The notes: generated by a model not told the origin, from the letters alone. Counted from the first letter of the stretch, positions 19,895 to 29,447 are shown. The stretch: DNA of 42,539 nt from a virus (IMGVR_UViG_2897341779_000003), one strand, 5' to 3'. Made by a program: numbers and translations.

Positions 19895-20307
19895 TGATTG
19901 TGCTGGTCGTGTTGTTATCGCTGGCGGTGGCCGGTCTGTTTCTGGTGAAACATAAAAATGCCAGCCTGCGCGCCTCGCTGGACAGGGCGAACAACGTCGC
20001 CAGTGAACAGCAGACGACCATCACCATGCTGAAAAACCAGCTTCATGTTGCCCTTACCAGGGCAGACAAAAACGAGCTGGCGCAGGTGGCACTGCGTCAG
20101 GAACTGGAGAACGCCGCGAAACGTGAAGCACAGCGCGAGAAAACCATCACGAGGTTACTTAATGAAAACGAGGATTTTCGCCGCTGGTATGGCGCTGACC
20201 TGCCTGATGCTGTGCGCCGGTTGCACCAGCGTCCGGCCTGCACTGACGCCAGTGATTGTCGCCAACGCCTGCCCGAAAGTGAGCCTTTGCCCGATGCCGG
20301 GCAGTGA
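19882..20307 (+). CDS. lysB: inner-membrane spanin LysB (Rz-like), 141 aa
   Basis: N-terminal transmembrane anchor followed by a charged coiled-coil region. Confidence 0.8.
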   Translation: MSKLMIVLVVLLSLAVAGLFLVKHKNASLRASLDRANNVASEQQTTITMLKNQLHVALTRADKNELAQVALRQELENAAKREAQREKTITRLLNENEDFRRWYGADLPDAVRRLHQRPACTDASDCRQRLPESEPLPDAGQ

Positions 20308-20452
20308 CCCGCAGACGAACGGCGATTTAAGTGCCGATATCCGGCAGCTTGAGAACGCGCTGGCACGCTGTGCCAGCCAGGTAAAAATGATTAAACACTG
20401 TCAGGACGAAAACGATGCTCAAACCCGACAGCCTGCGCAGGGCGCTGACTGA
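20162..20452 (+). CDS. lysC: outer-membrane lipoprotein spanin LysC (Rz1-like), 96 aa, in the +1 frame overlapping lysB
   Basis: Starts within lysB; lipoprotein signal peptide with lipobox LCAGC. Confidence 0.75.
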   Translation: MKTRIFAAGMALTCLMLCAGCTSVRPALTPVIVANACPKVSLCPMPGSDPQTNGDLSADIRQLENALARCASQVKMIKHCQDENDAQTRQPAQGAD

Positions 20453-20882
20453 TGCCGTCACGGTGCTGAAAACTAACCCCGATATGCTGCGGATATTCGT
20501 GGATAACGGGAGTATTGCCTCCACACTGGCGACGTCGCTGTCATTCGAAAAGCGTTACACGCTCAATGTCATTGTGACCGACTTTACCGGTGATTTTGAC
20601 CTGCTCATCGTGCCGGTGCTGGCGTGGCTGCGGGAAAATCAGCCCGACATCATGACCACCGACGAAGGCCAGAAAAAGGGCTTCACGTTTTATGCGGACA
20701 TCAACAATGACAGCAGCTTTGATATCAGCATCAGCCTGATGCTGACCGAGCGCACGCTGGTCAGTGAGGTTGACGGTGCGCTGCATGTGAAGAATATCCC
20801 GGAACCTCCGCCGCCGGAGCCGGTCACCCGCCCGATGGAGCTTTATATCAATGGCGAACTGGTGAGTAAGTGGGATGAATGA
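20415..20882 (+). CDS. R: tail completion protein R (155 aa)
   Basis: 155 aa at the P2 gpR position. Confidence 0.8.
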   Translation: MLKPDSLRRALTDAVTVLKTNPDMLRIFVDNGSIASTLATSLSFEKRYTLNVIVTDFTGDFDLLIVPVLAWLRENQPDIMTTDEGQKKGFTFYADINNDSSFDISISLMLTERTLVSEVDGALHVKNIPEPPPPEPVTRPMELYINGELVSKWDE

Positions 20883-21327
20883 GTTTAAGCGTTTTGAAGA
20901 CCGGCTGACCGGACTGACTGAATCGCTGTCACCGTCAGGGCGTCGGCGACTGAGCTCCGAACTGGCGAAACGTCTGCGGCAGAGTCAGCAGCGCCGGGTG
21001 ATGGCACAGAAAGCCCCGGACGGCACACCCTACGCACCACGCCAGCAGCAGAGCGCCAGAAAAAAGACCGGTCGCGTTAAGCGAAAAATGTTTGCGAAAC
21101 TTATCACCAGTCGTTTTTTGCATATTCGCGCCAGCCCGGAACAGGCATCAATGGAGTTTTACGGCGGGAAGTCACCGAAAATTGCCAGCGTGCATCAGTT
21201 CGGTCTGTCGGAAGAAAACCGGAAAGACGGTAAGAAAATTGATTATCCGGCGCGTCCTCTGCTCGGCTTTACCGGTGAGGATGTGCAGATGATTGAAGAG
21301 ATTATCCTGGCTCACCTCGACCGTTAG
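20875..21327 (+). CDS. S: tail completion protein S (150 aa)
   Basis: 150 aa at the P2 gpS position. Confidence 0.8.
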   Translation: MNEFKRFEDRLTGLTESLSPSGRRRLSSELAKRLRQSQQRRVMAQKAPDGTPYAPRQQQSARKKTGRVKRKMFAKLITSRFLHIRASPEQASMEFYGGKSPKIASVHQFGLSEENRKDGKKIDYPARPLLGFTGEDVQMIEEIILAHLDR

Positions 21328-21393
21328 TTGTGCCATTCCCGACACCTCATCGTCACATTGCCGCCGGTATGACCCGACGGCATCCTTCCCGTT

Positions 21394-22029
21394 ATGAACA
21401 CTCTCGCAAATATTCAGGAACTCGCGCGCGCACTGCGCAACATGATCCGCACCGGCATTATCGTCGAAACCGACCTTAACGCCGGTCGCTGCCGTGTGCA
21501 GACCGGCGGCATGTGCACCGACTGGCTTCAGTGGCTGACCCATCGCGCCGGACGTTCGCGCACGTGGTGGGCACCTTCCGAGGGGGAACAGGTGCTGATT
21601 CTGGCCGTGGGCGGTGAACTCGACACGGCGTTCGTTCTGCCGGGGATTTATTCCGGTGATAACCCCGCGCCGTCTGCGTCGGCGGATGCCCTGTACATCC
21701 GTTTCCCTGACGGGGCGGTGATTGAGTATGAACCCGAAACCAGTGCGCTCACGGCAAGCGGAATTAAAACGGCCAGCGTGACGGCTTCTGATTCTGTTAC
21801 TGCCACGGTGCCGGTGGTCATGGTGAAAGCATCAACCCGCGTCACCCTGGACACACCGGAGGTGGTCTGCACCAACAGGCTGATTACCGGCACGCTGGAA
21901 GTGCAGAAGGGCGGGACGATGCGCGGCAACATTGAACACACCGGCGGTGAACTCTCATCAAACGGTAAGGTACTGCATACCCATAAACACCCCGGCGACA
22001 GCGGCGGCACAACCGGGGGACCTCTATGA
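21394..22029 (+). CDS. V: baseplate central spike (211 aa)
   Basis: 211 aa at the P2 gpV position. Confidence 0.85.
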   Translation: MNTLANIQELARALRNMIRTGIIVETDLNAGRCRVQTGGMCTDWLQWLTHRAGRSRTWWAPSEGEQVLILAVGGELDTAFVLPGIYSGDNPAPSASADALYIRFPDGAVIEYEPETSALTASGIKTASVTASDSVTATVPVVMVKASTRVTLDTPEVVCTNRLITGTLEVQKGGTMRGNIEHTGGELSSNGKVLHTHKHPGDSGGTTGGPL

Positions 22030-22373
22030 CTGCGCGTTATCTCGGAATGAATCGCAGTGATGGCCTGACTGTCACTGACCTTGAGCATATCAGCCAGAGT
22101 ATCGGCGATATCCTGCGCACACCGGTCGGCTCGCGGGTGATGCGTCGTGATTACGGCTCGTTGCTGGCGTCAATGATTGACCAGCCGCAGACTCCGGCGC
22201 TTGAGTTGCAGATTAAGGTCGCCTGTTACATGGCGGTGCTGAAATGGGAACCCCGCGTCACCCTGTCATCCGTCACCACTGAGCGCAGTTTTGACGGGCG
22301 AATGACGGTCACGTTAACCGGTCAGCACAACGACACCGGCCAGCCACTTTCGTTAACCATCCCTGTGAGTTGA
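22026..22373 (+). CDS. W: baseplate wedge protein W (115 aa)
   Basis: 115 aa as in P2 gpW; overlaps the V stop. Confidence 0.85.
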   Translation: MTARYLGMNRSDGLTVTDLEHISQSIGDILRTPVGSRVMRRDYGSLLASMIDQPQTPALELQIKVACYMAVLKWEPRVTLSSVTTERSFDGRMTVTLTGQHNDTGQPLSLTIPVS

Positions 22374-22377
22374 AACC

Positions 22378-23286
22378 ATGCCGATTATCGACCTGAACCA
22401 GCTACCCGCACCGGATGTGGTCGAGGAGCTGGACTTTGAAACCATTCTTGCCGAACGCAAGGCGACACTGATTTCCCTTTACCCGGAAGACCAGCAGGAG
22501 GCGGTCGCCCGTACCCTGACGCTGGAATCCGAGCCTCTCGTCAAACTGCTGGAGGAAAATGCTTATCGTGAACTTATCTGGCGTCAGCGTGTGAATGAGG
22601 CCGCACGGGCGGTGATGCTGGCCTGTGCTGCCGGTAATGACCTTGATGTGATTGGTGCCAATTACAACACCACGCGCCTGATTATCACCCCGGCAGATGA
22701 TTCGACTATCCCGCCGACACCGGCAGTGATGGAGTCTGACACCGATTACCGGCTGCGTATTCAGCAGGCGTTTGAAGGCTTAAGCGTCGCCGGGTCGGTG
22801 GGTGCCTATCAGTATCATGGCCGCAGTGCCGACGGGCGTGTCGCGGATATCTCTGTCACCAGTCCGTCTCCGGCCTGCGTCACCATCTCTGTGCTGTCAC
22901 GTGAGAATAACGGTGTGGCATCCGAAGACCTGCTGGCGGTGGTACGTAACGCCCTTAATGGCGAGGATGTCAGGCCGGTGGCTGACCGCGTGACCGTGCA
23001 GTCTGCCGCCATCGTTGAATACCAGATAAACGCCACGCTTTACCTTTACCCTGGTCCCGAAAGCGAACCCATCCGCGCGGCCGCAGTAAAAAAACTGGAA
23101 GCGTATATCACGGCACAGCACCGGCTGGGGCGCGACATCCGTCTGTCTGCCATTTATGCCGCTTTGCATGTGGAAGGCGTGCAGCGTGTCGAACTGACTG
23201 CACCGCTGGCCGACATCGTGCTCAACAGTACGCAGGCGTCTTTCTGTACCGAATACCGCGTCGTGACCGGAGGCTCTGATGAGTGA
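22378..23286 (+). CDS. J: baseplate protein J (302 aa)
   Basis: 302 aa as in P2 gpJ. Confidence 0.85.
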   Translation: MPIIDLNQLPAPDVVEELDFETILAERKATLISLYPEDQQEAVARTLTLESEPLVKLLEENAYRELIWRQRVNEAARAVMLACAAGNDLDVIGANYNTTRLIITPADDSTIPPTPAVMESDTDYRLRIQQAFEGLSVAGSVGAYQYHGRSADGRVADISVTSPSPACVTISVLSRENNGVASEDLLAVVRNALNGEDVRPVADRVTVQSAAIVEYQINATLYLYPGPESEPIRAAAVKKLEAYITAQHRLGRDIRLSAIYAALHVEGVQRVELTAPLADIVLNSTQASFCTEYRVVTGGSDE

Positions 23287-23809
23287 TTCGCGCCTGCTGC
23301 CGACCGGCTCATCACCGCTTGAAGTTGCCGCCGCAAAAGCCTGTGCGGAAATTGAAAAAACGCCGGTCAGTATTCGTGAGCTGTGGAACCCGGACACCTG
23401 TCCGGCAAATCTGCTGCCGTGGCTGGCGTGGGCGTTTTCTGTTGACAGGTGGGATGAAAAGTGGCCGGAAGCAACAAAACGCGCCGTTATCCGCGATGCG
23501 TATTTCATTCACTGCCATAAGGGCACTATAGGCGCAATCCGGCGTGTGGTGGAGCCGCTCGGCTATCTCATTAACGTAAAGGAATGGTGGGAGACAAACG
23601 ACCCGCCCGGAACCTTTCGCCTTGATATCGGTGTGCTGGAAAGCGGCATCACGGAGGAGATGTATCTGGAAATGGAACGGCTTATTGCCGATGCCAAACC
23701 CGCAAGTCGCCACCTTATCGGTCTGAACATTATCCAGGACATTCCCGGCTGTCTGTATACAGGCGGTGTGGTCTGTGATGGTGATGTTATTACTGTTTAT
23801 CCCGGATAA
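23279..23809 (+). CDS. I: baseplate protein I (176 aa)
   Basis: 176 aa as in P2 gpI. Confidence 0.85.
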   Translation: MSDSRLLPTGSSPLEVAAAKACAEIEKTPVSIRELWNPDTCPANLLPWLAWAFSVDRWDEKWPEATKRAVIRDAYFIHCHKGTIGAIRRVVEPLGYLINVKEWWETNDPPGTFRLDIGVLESGITEEMYLEMERLIADAKPASRHLIGLNIIQDIPGCLYTGGVVCDGDVITVYPG

Positions 23810-23819
23810 GTGAGAAACA

Positions 23820-26549
23820 ATGAGCACGAAATTTAAAACCGTTATCACTACTGCCGGAGCCGCAAAGCTGGCAGCCGCCACTGTCCCCGGCGGGAAAAAA
23901 GTAACCCTGTCTGCAATGGCCGTGGGTGACGGTAATGGCAAATTGCCGGTGCCGGATGCCGGTCAGACGAAACTGGTGCATGAGGTCTGGCGTCACGCTC
24001 TGAATAAAGTCAGCGTGGATAACAAGAATAAAAACTATATCGTGGCTGAACTGGTTGTACCGCCCGAAGTGGGCGGCTTCTGGATGCGTGAGCTTGGTCT
24101 GTATGACGATGCCGGAACACTGATTGCGGTATCCAACATGGCTGAAAGCTATAAGCCAGAACTGGCTGAAGGCTCCGGGCGTGCGCAGACCTGCCGCATG
24201 GTTATTATTGTCAGTAACGTGGCGTCCGTTGAGCTGAGTATTGATGCCAGCACAGTGATGGCGACGCAGGATTACGTCGATGACAAAATCGCAGAGCATG
24301 AGCAGTCCCGCCGCCATCCTGACGCCACGCTGACAGAAAAAGGTTTTACTCAGTTAAGCAGTGCAACAAACAGCACCAGTGAGTCATTGGCAGCAACGCC
24401 AAAAGCGGTCAAGGCAGCAAATGACAACGCAAATTCACGTCTGGCGAAAAATCAGAATGGTGCAGATATCCAGGATAAATCAGCTTTTCTGGACAATGTT
24501 GGCGTTACCAGCCTGACGTTTATGAAAAACAATGGCGAAATGCCGGTTGATGCTGATCTGAATACGTTTGGTTCTGTTAAGGCTTATTCAGGTATCTGGT
24601 CTAAAGCAACGTCCACCAACGCAACACTGGAGAAAAACTTCCCTGAAGATAATGCTGTCGGTGTGCTTGAGGTTTTTACTGGCGGCAATTTTGCAGGCAC
24701 GCAACGCTATACCACACGTGACGGAAATTTGTATATCCGCAAACTCATTGGAACATGGAATGGTAATGATGGACCATGGGGAGCATGGCGCCATGTTCAG
24801 GCTGTAACGCGAGCTCTAAGTACGACCATTGACCTTAACTCTCTCGGTGGCGCAGAACATTTAGGTCTATGGAGAAACAGCAGTTCAGCAATAGCTTCTT
24901 TTGAACGACATTACCCCGAGCAGGGAGGAGACGCGCAGGGCATTCTGGAAATTTTCGAAGGTGGGCTATATGGACGCACACAGCGTTATACAACCCGTAA
25001 CGGGACTATGTATATTCGCGGCCTGACAGCCAAATGGGATGCAGAAAATCCACAGTGGGAAGACTGGATCCAAATTGGTTATCAGACCAGTAGTACCTTC
25101 TATGAGGATGACCTGGATGATTTGATGTCTCCAGGTATTTACAGTGTGACAGGCAAAGCGACCCACACCCCAATCCAGGGGCAGTCTGGTTTTCTGGAAG
25201 TCATCAGGCGCAAGGATGGTGTCTATGTTTTGCAACGTTACACGACCACAGGAACCAGCGCAGCTACAAAAGACCGTTTATATGAGCGAGTGTTTCTTGG
25301 TGGCTCATTTAACGCGTGGGGGGAGTGGCGACAGATTTATAACTCAAACTCTTTGCCGTTAGAGTTGGGTATCGGTGGCGCAGTGGCAAAACTCACCAGC
25401 CTGGACTGGCAGACATACGATTTTGTGCCGGGCAGTCTGATAACCGTTCGGCTGGATAACATGACCAATATTCCCGACGGTATGGACTGGGGCGTCATTG
25501 ATGGCAACCTGATAAACATCTCAGTCGGTCCGAGTGATGATTCTGGTTCGGGACGCTCAATGCATGTATGGCGCAGCACTGTAAGTAAAGCCAACTACCG
25601 CTTTTTTATGGTGCGTATTTCAGGAAATCCGGGAAGCCGCACGATCACGACAAGACGTGTGCCAATTATCGACGAAGCCCAGACATGGGGCGCGAAACAG
25701 ACATTCAGTGCTGGCCTTTCTGGTGAACTGTCCGGCAATGCGGCGACAGCAACAAAGCTGAAAACAGCCCGTAAAATTAATAACGTTTCGTTTGATGGAA
25801 CATCAGATATTAACCTGACGCCGAAAAATATTGGTGCATTTGCTTCAGGAAAAACAGGAGACACCGTTGCGAATGATAAAGCCGTTGGATGGAACTGGAG
25901 TAGCGGAGCCTATAACGCAACTATTGGTGGGGCATCAACGTTAATTCTTCATTTTAATATCGGGGAAGGAAGTTGTCCCGCCGCCCAGTTTCGCGTTAAT
26001 TATAAGAACGGTGGTATTTTTTATCGTTCTGCTCGTGACGGTTACGGATTCGAGGCTGACTGGTCTGAGTTTTATACCACAACGCGAAAACCTACAGCGG
26101 GAGATGTCGGTGCACTGCCGTTATCTGGTGGTCAATTGAATGGTGCTCTGGGTATAGGAACATCCAGTGCTCTTGGCGGTAATTCGATTGTTTTGGGTGA
26201 TAATGACACGGGCTTTAAACAAAATGGTGATGGTAATCTGGATGTTTATGCTAATAGCGTCCATGTTATGCGCTTTGTCTCCGGAAGCGTTCAAAGTAAT
26301 AAAACCATAAATATTACGGGGCGTGTTAATCCCTCGGATTACGGTAACTTTGATTCCCGCTATGTGAGAGATGTCAGACTTGGCACACGTGTTGTCCAGA
26401 CCATGCAGAAAGGGGTGATGTATGAGAAAGCAGGGCACGTAATTACCGGGCTTGGTATTGTCGGTGAAGTCGATGGTGATGACCCCGCAGTATTCAGACC
26501 AATACAAAAATACATCAATGGCACATGGTATAACGTCGCACAGGTGTAA
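23820..26549 (+). CDS. H: tail fibre protein (909 aa), conserved N-terminus and a variable repeat-containing C-terminus
   Basis: N-terminal region including the QLSSATNSTSESLAATPKAVK motif shared by P2 H and lambda Stf-type fibres; three internal QRYTTR-G-Y-R-W-W repeats; longer than P2 H (about 669 aa). Confidence 0.85.
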   Translation: MSTKFKTVITTAGAAKLAAATVPGGKKVTLSAMAVGDGNGKLPVPDAGQTKLVHEVWRHALNKVSVDNKNKNYIVAELVVPPEVGGFWMRELGLYDDAGTLIAVSNMAESYKPELAEGSGRAQTCRMVIIVSNVASVELSIDASTVMATQDYVDDKIAEHEQSRRHPDATLTEKGFTQLSSATNSTSESLAATPKAVKAANDNANSRLAKNQNGADIQDKSAFLDNVGVTSLTFMKNNGEMPVDADLNTFGSVKAYSGIWSKATSTNATLEKNFPEDNAVGVLEVFTGGNFAGTQRYTTRDGNLYIRKLIGTWNGNDGPWGAWRHVQAVTRALSTTIDLNSLGGAEHLGLWRNSSSAIASFERHYPEQGGDAQGILEIFEGGLYGRTQRYTTRNGTMYIRGLTAKWDAENPQWEDWIQIGYQTSSTFYEDDLDDLMSPGIYSVTGKATHTPIQGQSGFLEVIRRKDGVYVLQRYTTTGTSAATKDRLYERVFLGGSFNAWGEWRQIYNSNSLPLELGIGGAVAKLTSLDWQTYDFVPGSLITVRLDNMTNIPDGMDWGVIDGNLINISVGPSDDSGSGRSMHVWRSTVSKANYRFFMVRISGNPGSRTITTRRVPIIDEAQTWGAKQTFSAGLSGELSGNAATATKLKTARKINNVSFDGTSDINLTPKNIGAFASGKTGDTVANDKAVGWNWSSGAYNATIGGASTLILHFNIGEGSCPAAQFRVNYKNGGIFYRSARDGYGFEADWSEFYTTTRKPTAGDVGALPLSGGQLNGALGIGTSSALGGNSIVLGDNDTGFKQNGDGNLDVYANSVHVMRFVSGSVQSNKTINITGRVNPSDYGNFDSRYVRDVRLGTRVVQTMQKGVMYEKAGHVITGLGIVGEVDGDDPAVFRPIQKYINGTWYNVAQV

Positions 26550-26552
26550 TTT

Positions 26553-27080
26553 ATGCAGCATTTAAAAAATATTACTGCGGGTAATCCAAAAACTGTTGCC
26601 CAATATCAACTGACAAAAAATTTTGATGTTATCTGGTTATGGTCCGAAGAGGGAAAAAACTGGTATGAGGAAGTAAGTAATTTTCAGGAAGACACGATAA
26701 AGATTGTTTACGATGAGAATAATATAATTGTCGGCATCACCAGAGATGCTTCAACGCTCAACCCTGAAGGTTTTAGCGTTGTCGAGGTTCCTGATATTAC
26801 CGCCAACCGACGTGCTGATGACTCAGGTAAATGGATGTTTAAGGATGGTGCCGTGATTAAGCGGATTTATACGGCAGACGAACAGCTGCAACTGGCGGAA
26901 TTACAGAAGTCAGCTTTGCTTTCCGAAGCTGAAACTATCATTCAGCCACTGGAACGCTCTGTCAGACTGAATATGGCAACAGATGAGGAGCGTAGCCGAC
27001 TGGAAGCATGGGAACGCTACAGTGTTCTGGTCAGCCGTGTGGATCCTGCAAATCCTGAATGGCCGGAAATGCCGCAATAA
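26553..27080 (+). CDS. G: tail fibre assembly chaperone (175 aa)
   Basis: 175 aa immediately after H, as in P2. Confidence 0.8.
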   Translation: MQHLKNITAGNPKTVAQYQLTKNFDVIWLWSEEGKNWYEEVSNFQEDTIKIVYDENNIIVGITRDASTLNPEGFSVVEVPDITANRRADDSGKWMFKDGAVIKRIYTADEQLQLAELQKSALLSEAETIIQPLERSVRLNMATDEERSRLEAWERYSVLVSRVDPANPEWPEMPQ

Positions 27081-27135
27081 GTTGTATGATCTCTGGAGTG
27101 AGCTAACGTATCTATAGCACAGAGTAAAGCCTAAT

Positions 27136-27146
27136 CTGACAGTCTG
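27136..27146. repeat. inverted copy (CTGACAGTCTG) of the 11-bp repeat core CAGACTGTCAG, sitting in the loop of a 10-bp inverted repeat (27115-27124 / 27147-27156)
   Basis: Exact reverse complement of the cores at 27259-27269 and 29569-29579. Confidence 0.6.
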
Positions 27147-27258
27147 CTCTGTGCTAGGAGCGGACTGACCTGCTTCCCGATGATTAATACACAGCTATGC
27201 TAGTAATGTCCGTAGATCGCTGTGTGTTGCATCCATCGGTTGAACTCACAGTCCAAAC

Positions 27259-27302
27259 CAGACTGTCAGCTTTGATTAGATTCTACCTACTCAACCTGTC
27301 AG
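27259..27302. repeat. left copy of an about 45-bp imperfect direct repeat bracketing the G-FI cargo
   Basis: Framework CAGACTGTCAG-c/g-TTTGAT...TGTCAG, with the two TGTCAG elements 32 bp apart in both copies. Confidence 0.65.
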
Positions 27303-27501
27303 ATAAGGTCTGAGCTAATACATCTAATATATGGCTTCGTGCAGGGGACGGCTATCGCGAACGTTAGGCCAGGTATCTGAATACGCACAGTTCACTTGGT
27401 TGTACTTCTTGCACTGATCTGCTATCCCGCACAGCTATTTATAGGTAATCTTCAGTGTATAATCTGCCAACTTATGGAAGCTTGTACAACAGGAGAAATA
27501 T

Positions 27502-28344
27502 ATGAAAAAAGAATTGTTTGGACGTTGCCCGTTTGATCTTGACGAAGATGTAAAAAAAATAGCCGCGATAAATAAATATATCCATGCAAAATTTGAGGAG
27601 CATAAAAATAAAATAGACAACCTAAAGGGTGTGGAACAAAAATTGATGGTCTTACAGTACTTTAATGTACTGAATGAACTTAGTAATCAGGCTATCTCTT
27701 CTTTGAATATAGGAGCCTTTTCAGCATCGGAAGTATTAGCTAGGGTTATAATAGAACAGGCTGCCAATCAATTTTATATAGCAATAGATGATGGCGAAAA
27801 TGCACAAGCATTACTCAAGGCTAGTAAGAAATTAGTTCATAGTAATGGAAAACGGTGGCTGGAGTGTTTAAAATCCAAAGGAATGACTAATCCAGCAGCA
27901 AATGAAAGGATTCGCATGGGAAAAGAACTAACTGATCTATTTAATAGATTGTGGCCAAATACACCTGAATATCCAGGAACCAGAAGACTTTTTGAATTAA
28001 TTGGCTGGGAAACACACTATCATGCCCATTACGTTCCCCTTTGTGATTCAATACATACATTCTCTGATGATATGGTAAATATAGTATCTCTATATAATGC
28101 AATCCAAAGTGATGAAAATACTGCTATCGAATTCATTCTTGCAGTTAAACAAGAAAATAAACGGCTGGCAATTTATAATTTTGTAATTGCTACGGCCCTT
28201 CGGTGTGAGGCCTTAGTAAATGTATTTAACTCTTTAGGTTATCAGGATATTATAACAGAAATGACACCAACAATAGATACAGTCAACCAGACTATAATTC
28301 GATATGATGATTTTGATCATTCCAGAATTGATGATTGTCAATAA
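27502..28344 (+). CDS. hypothetical protein (280 aa), AT-rich cargo gene; candidate phage-defence or superinfection-exclusion effector
   Basis: RBS AGGAG 7 nt before the ATG; candidate -10 TATAAT at 27458-27463; no confidently recognised domain; C-terminal R-x5-H (RYDDFDH). Confidence 0.6.
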   Translation: MKKELFGRCPFDLDEDVKKIAAINKYIHAKFEEHKNKIDNLKGVEQKLMVLQYFNVLNELSNQAISSLNIGAFSASEVLARVIIEQAANQFYIAIDDGENAQALLKASKKLVHSNGKRWLECLKSKGMTNPAANERIRMGKELTDLFNRLWPNTPEYPGTRRLFELIGWETHYHAHYVPLCDSIHTFSDDMVNIVSLYNAIQSDENTAIEFILAVKQENKRLAIYNFVIATALRCEALVNVFNSLGYQDIITEMTPTIDTVNQTIIRYDDFDHSRIDDCQ

Positions 28345-28450
28345 TTAATTGACAGAATACGTACATGCGCAACAACTAGTGATAGTTGACTTATTTTCGC
28401 TCTTGAGAGACAACCATACTCAAATCTCCCACATTGCAGGAGATTTGAAT

Positions 28451-29035
28451 ATGAAAACGTCACCGTGGAATAAAGACCGTACCATCGGTCAAAAAAGGCC
28501 ACTTCAGATATTTCATATCTGGGGGATCCGGATTAGACTTGAGTTGGAAGGTAAAACACGCGATCTAGCTCTGTTCAACATGGCTTTGGACACTAAGCTA
28601 CGGGGCTGTGATTTGGTCAAACTCAAAGTATCAGATGCTGCATATGGCAGTTCTGTCTCAAGCAGAGCAACGGTGTTGCAACAGAAAACCGGCAGCCCTG
28701 TCCAATTTGAGATAACCAAAGGGACAAGGGAAGCGGTTACTGCATTGATAAAGCTCGGCAACTGGCATAGTAAAGGCTTCCTGTTCCGCTCTCGGGTCGG
28801 AACTAACCACCATATATCAACCCGGCAATACAACCGAATTTTTCATGGGTGGGTAGAAAAGCTTGGTCTCGAAGATTCGCTGTACAGCACACATTCCATG
28901 AGAAGAACAAAACCTTACTTAATCTACAAGAAAACCAAGAGTCTCCGGGTGATCCAACTTCTGTTGGGCCATAAGAAACTGGAAAGCACAGTCCGTTATT
29001 TGGGCATTGAAGTCGATATAGAAGGTCTCTTTTAA
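28451..29035 (+). CDS. small tyrosine recombinase, catalytic domain only (about 194 aa), FimB/FimE-like
   Basis: Catalytic residues present in order: Arg (LRGCDL), Lys (QQKTG), His-x-x-Arg (HSMRRT), His (LLGHKK), Tyr (VRYLG); RBS AGGAG before ATG 28451; no N-terminal DNA-binding domain. Confidence 0.7.
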   Translation: MKTSPWNKDRTIGQKRPLQIFHIWGIRIRLELEGKTRDLALFNMALDTKLRGCDLVKLKVSDAAYGSSVSSRATVLQQKTGSPVQFEITKGTREAVTALIKLGNWHSKGFLFRSRVGTNHHISTRQYNRIFHGWVEKLGLEDSLYSTHSMRRTKPYLIYKKTKSLRVIQLLLGHKKLESTVRYLGIEVDIEGLF

Positions 29036-29057
29036 GTTATGGGGGCTGATTTTATAT

Positions 29058-29447
29058 TCAATAGCGTATGCTCATCGAAGAAATAAACTCATAAAATGTA
29101 AAGACAGCCAGCAAAAACATACAGATAAAGATAAGGGAAATAGCACACTTAACTAAGGGCTGAACCCCCCGAGGTGTTCCCCATGGTTTAGACATTTGGG
29201 TTATAACCCAAATAAATAAGGCCACAAAACAGCAAACACCAGCCAATCCGAGCAGAGATATTATGACAACTCCAAACAGATTTCCAACATCTAGTTTATC
29301 TGTTTTTGCAACTAGGGTTAACAAACCAGCAATAATAGTTGCAATCGATATTCCCGCAATGGTTGTGAGATCGGCGATAACAGCCAGTTTTTCTTTAGTA
29401 TTTCCTTGAGTAAAGACCTCTAAAATTGATTTCATGGAAATAACCAC
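29058..29447 (-). CDS. small integral membrane protein (129 aa, 3-4 predicted transmembrane helices)
   Basis: Strongly hydrophobic segments throughout; AT-rich; opposite strand to the surrounding late genes. Confidence 0.55.
   Translation of the reverse strand: MVISMKSILEVFTQGNTKEKLAVIADLTTIAGISIATIIAGLLTLVAKTDKLDVGNLFGVVIISLLGLAGVCCFVALFIWVITQMSKPWGTPRGVQPLVKCAISLIFICMFLLAVFTFYEFISSMSIRY

Noticed and set aside
23820-27080. Gin/Cin-style invertible tail-fibre segment controlling H/G
   Set aside because: No inverted repeats flank or lie within H-G in the required arrangement, and the nearby recombinase is tyrosine-type and downstream of G. The repeats found relate to the cargo, not the fibre genes.
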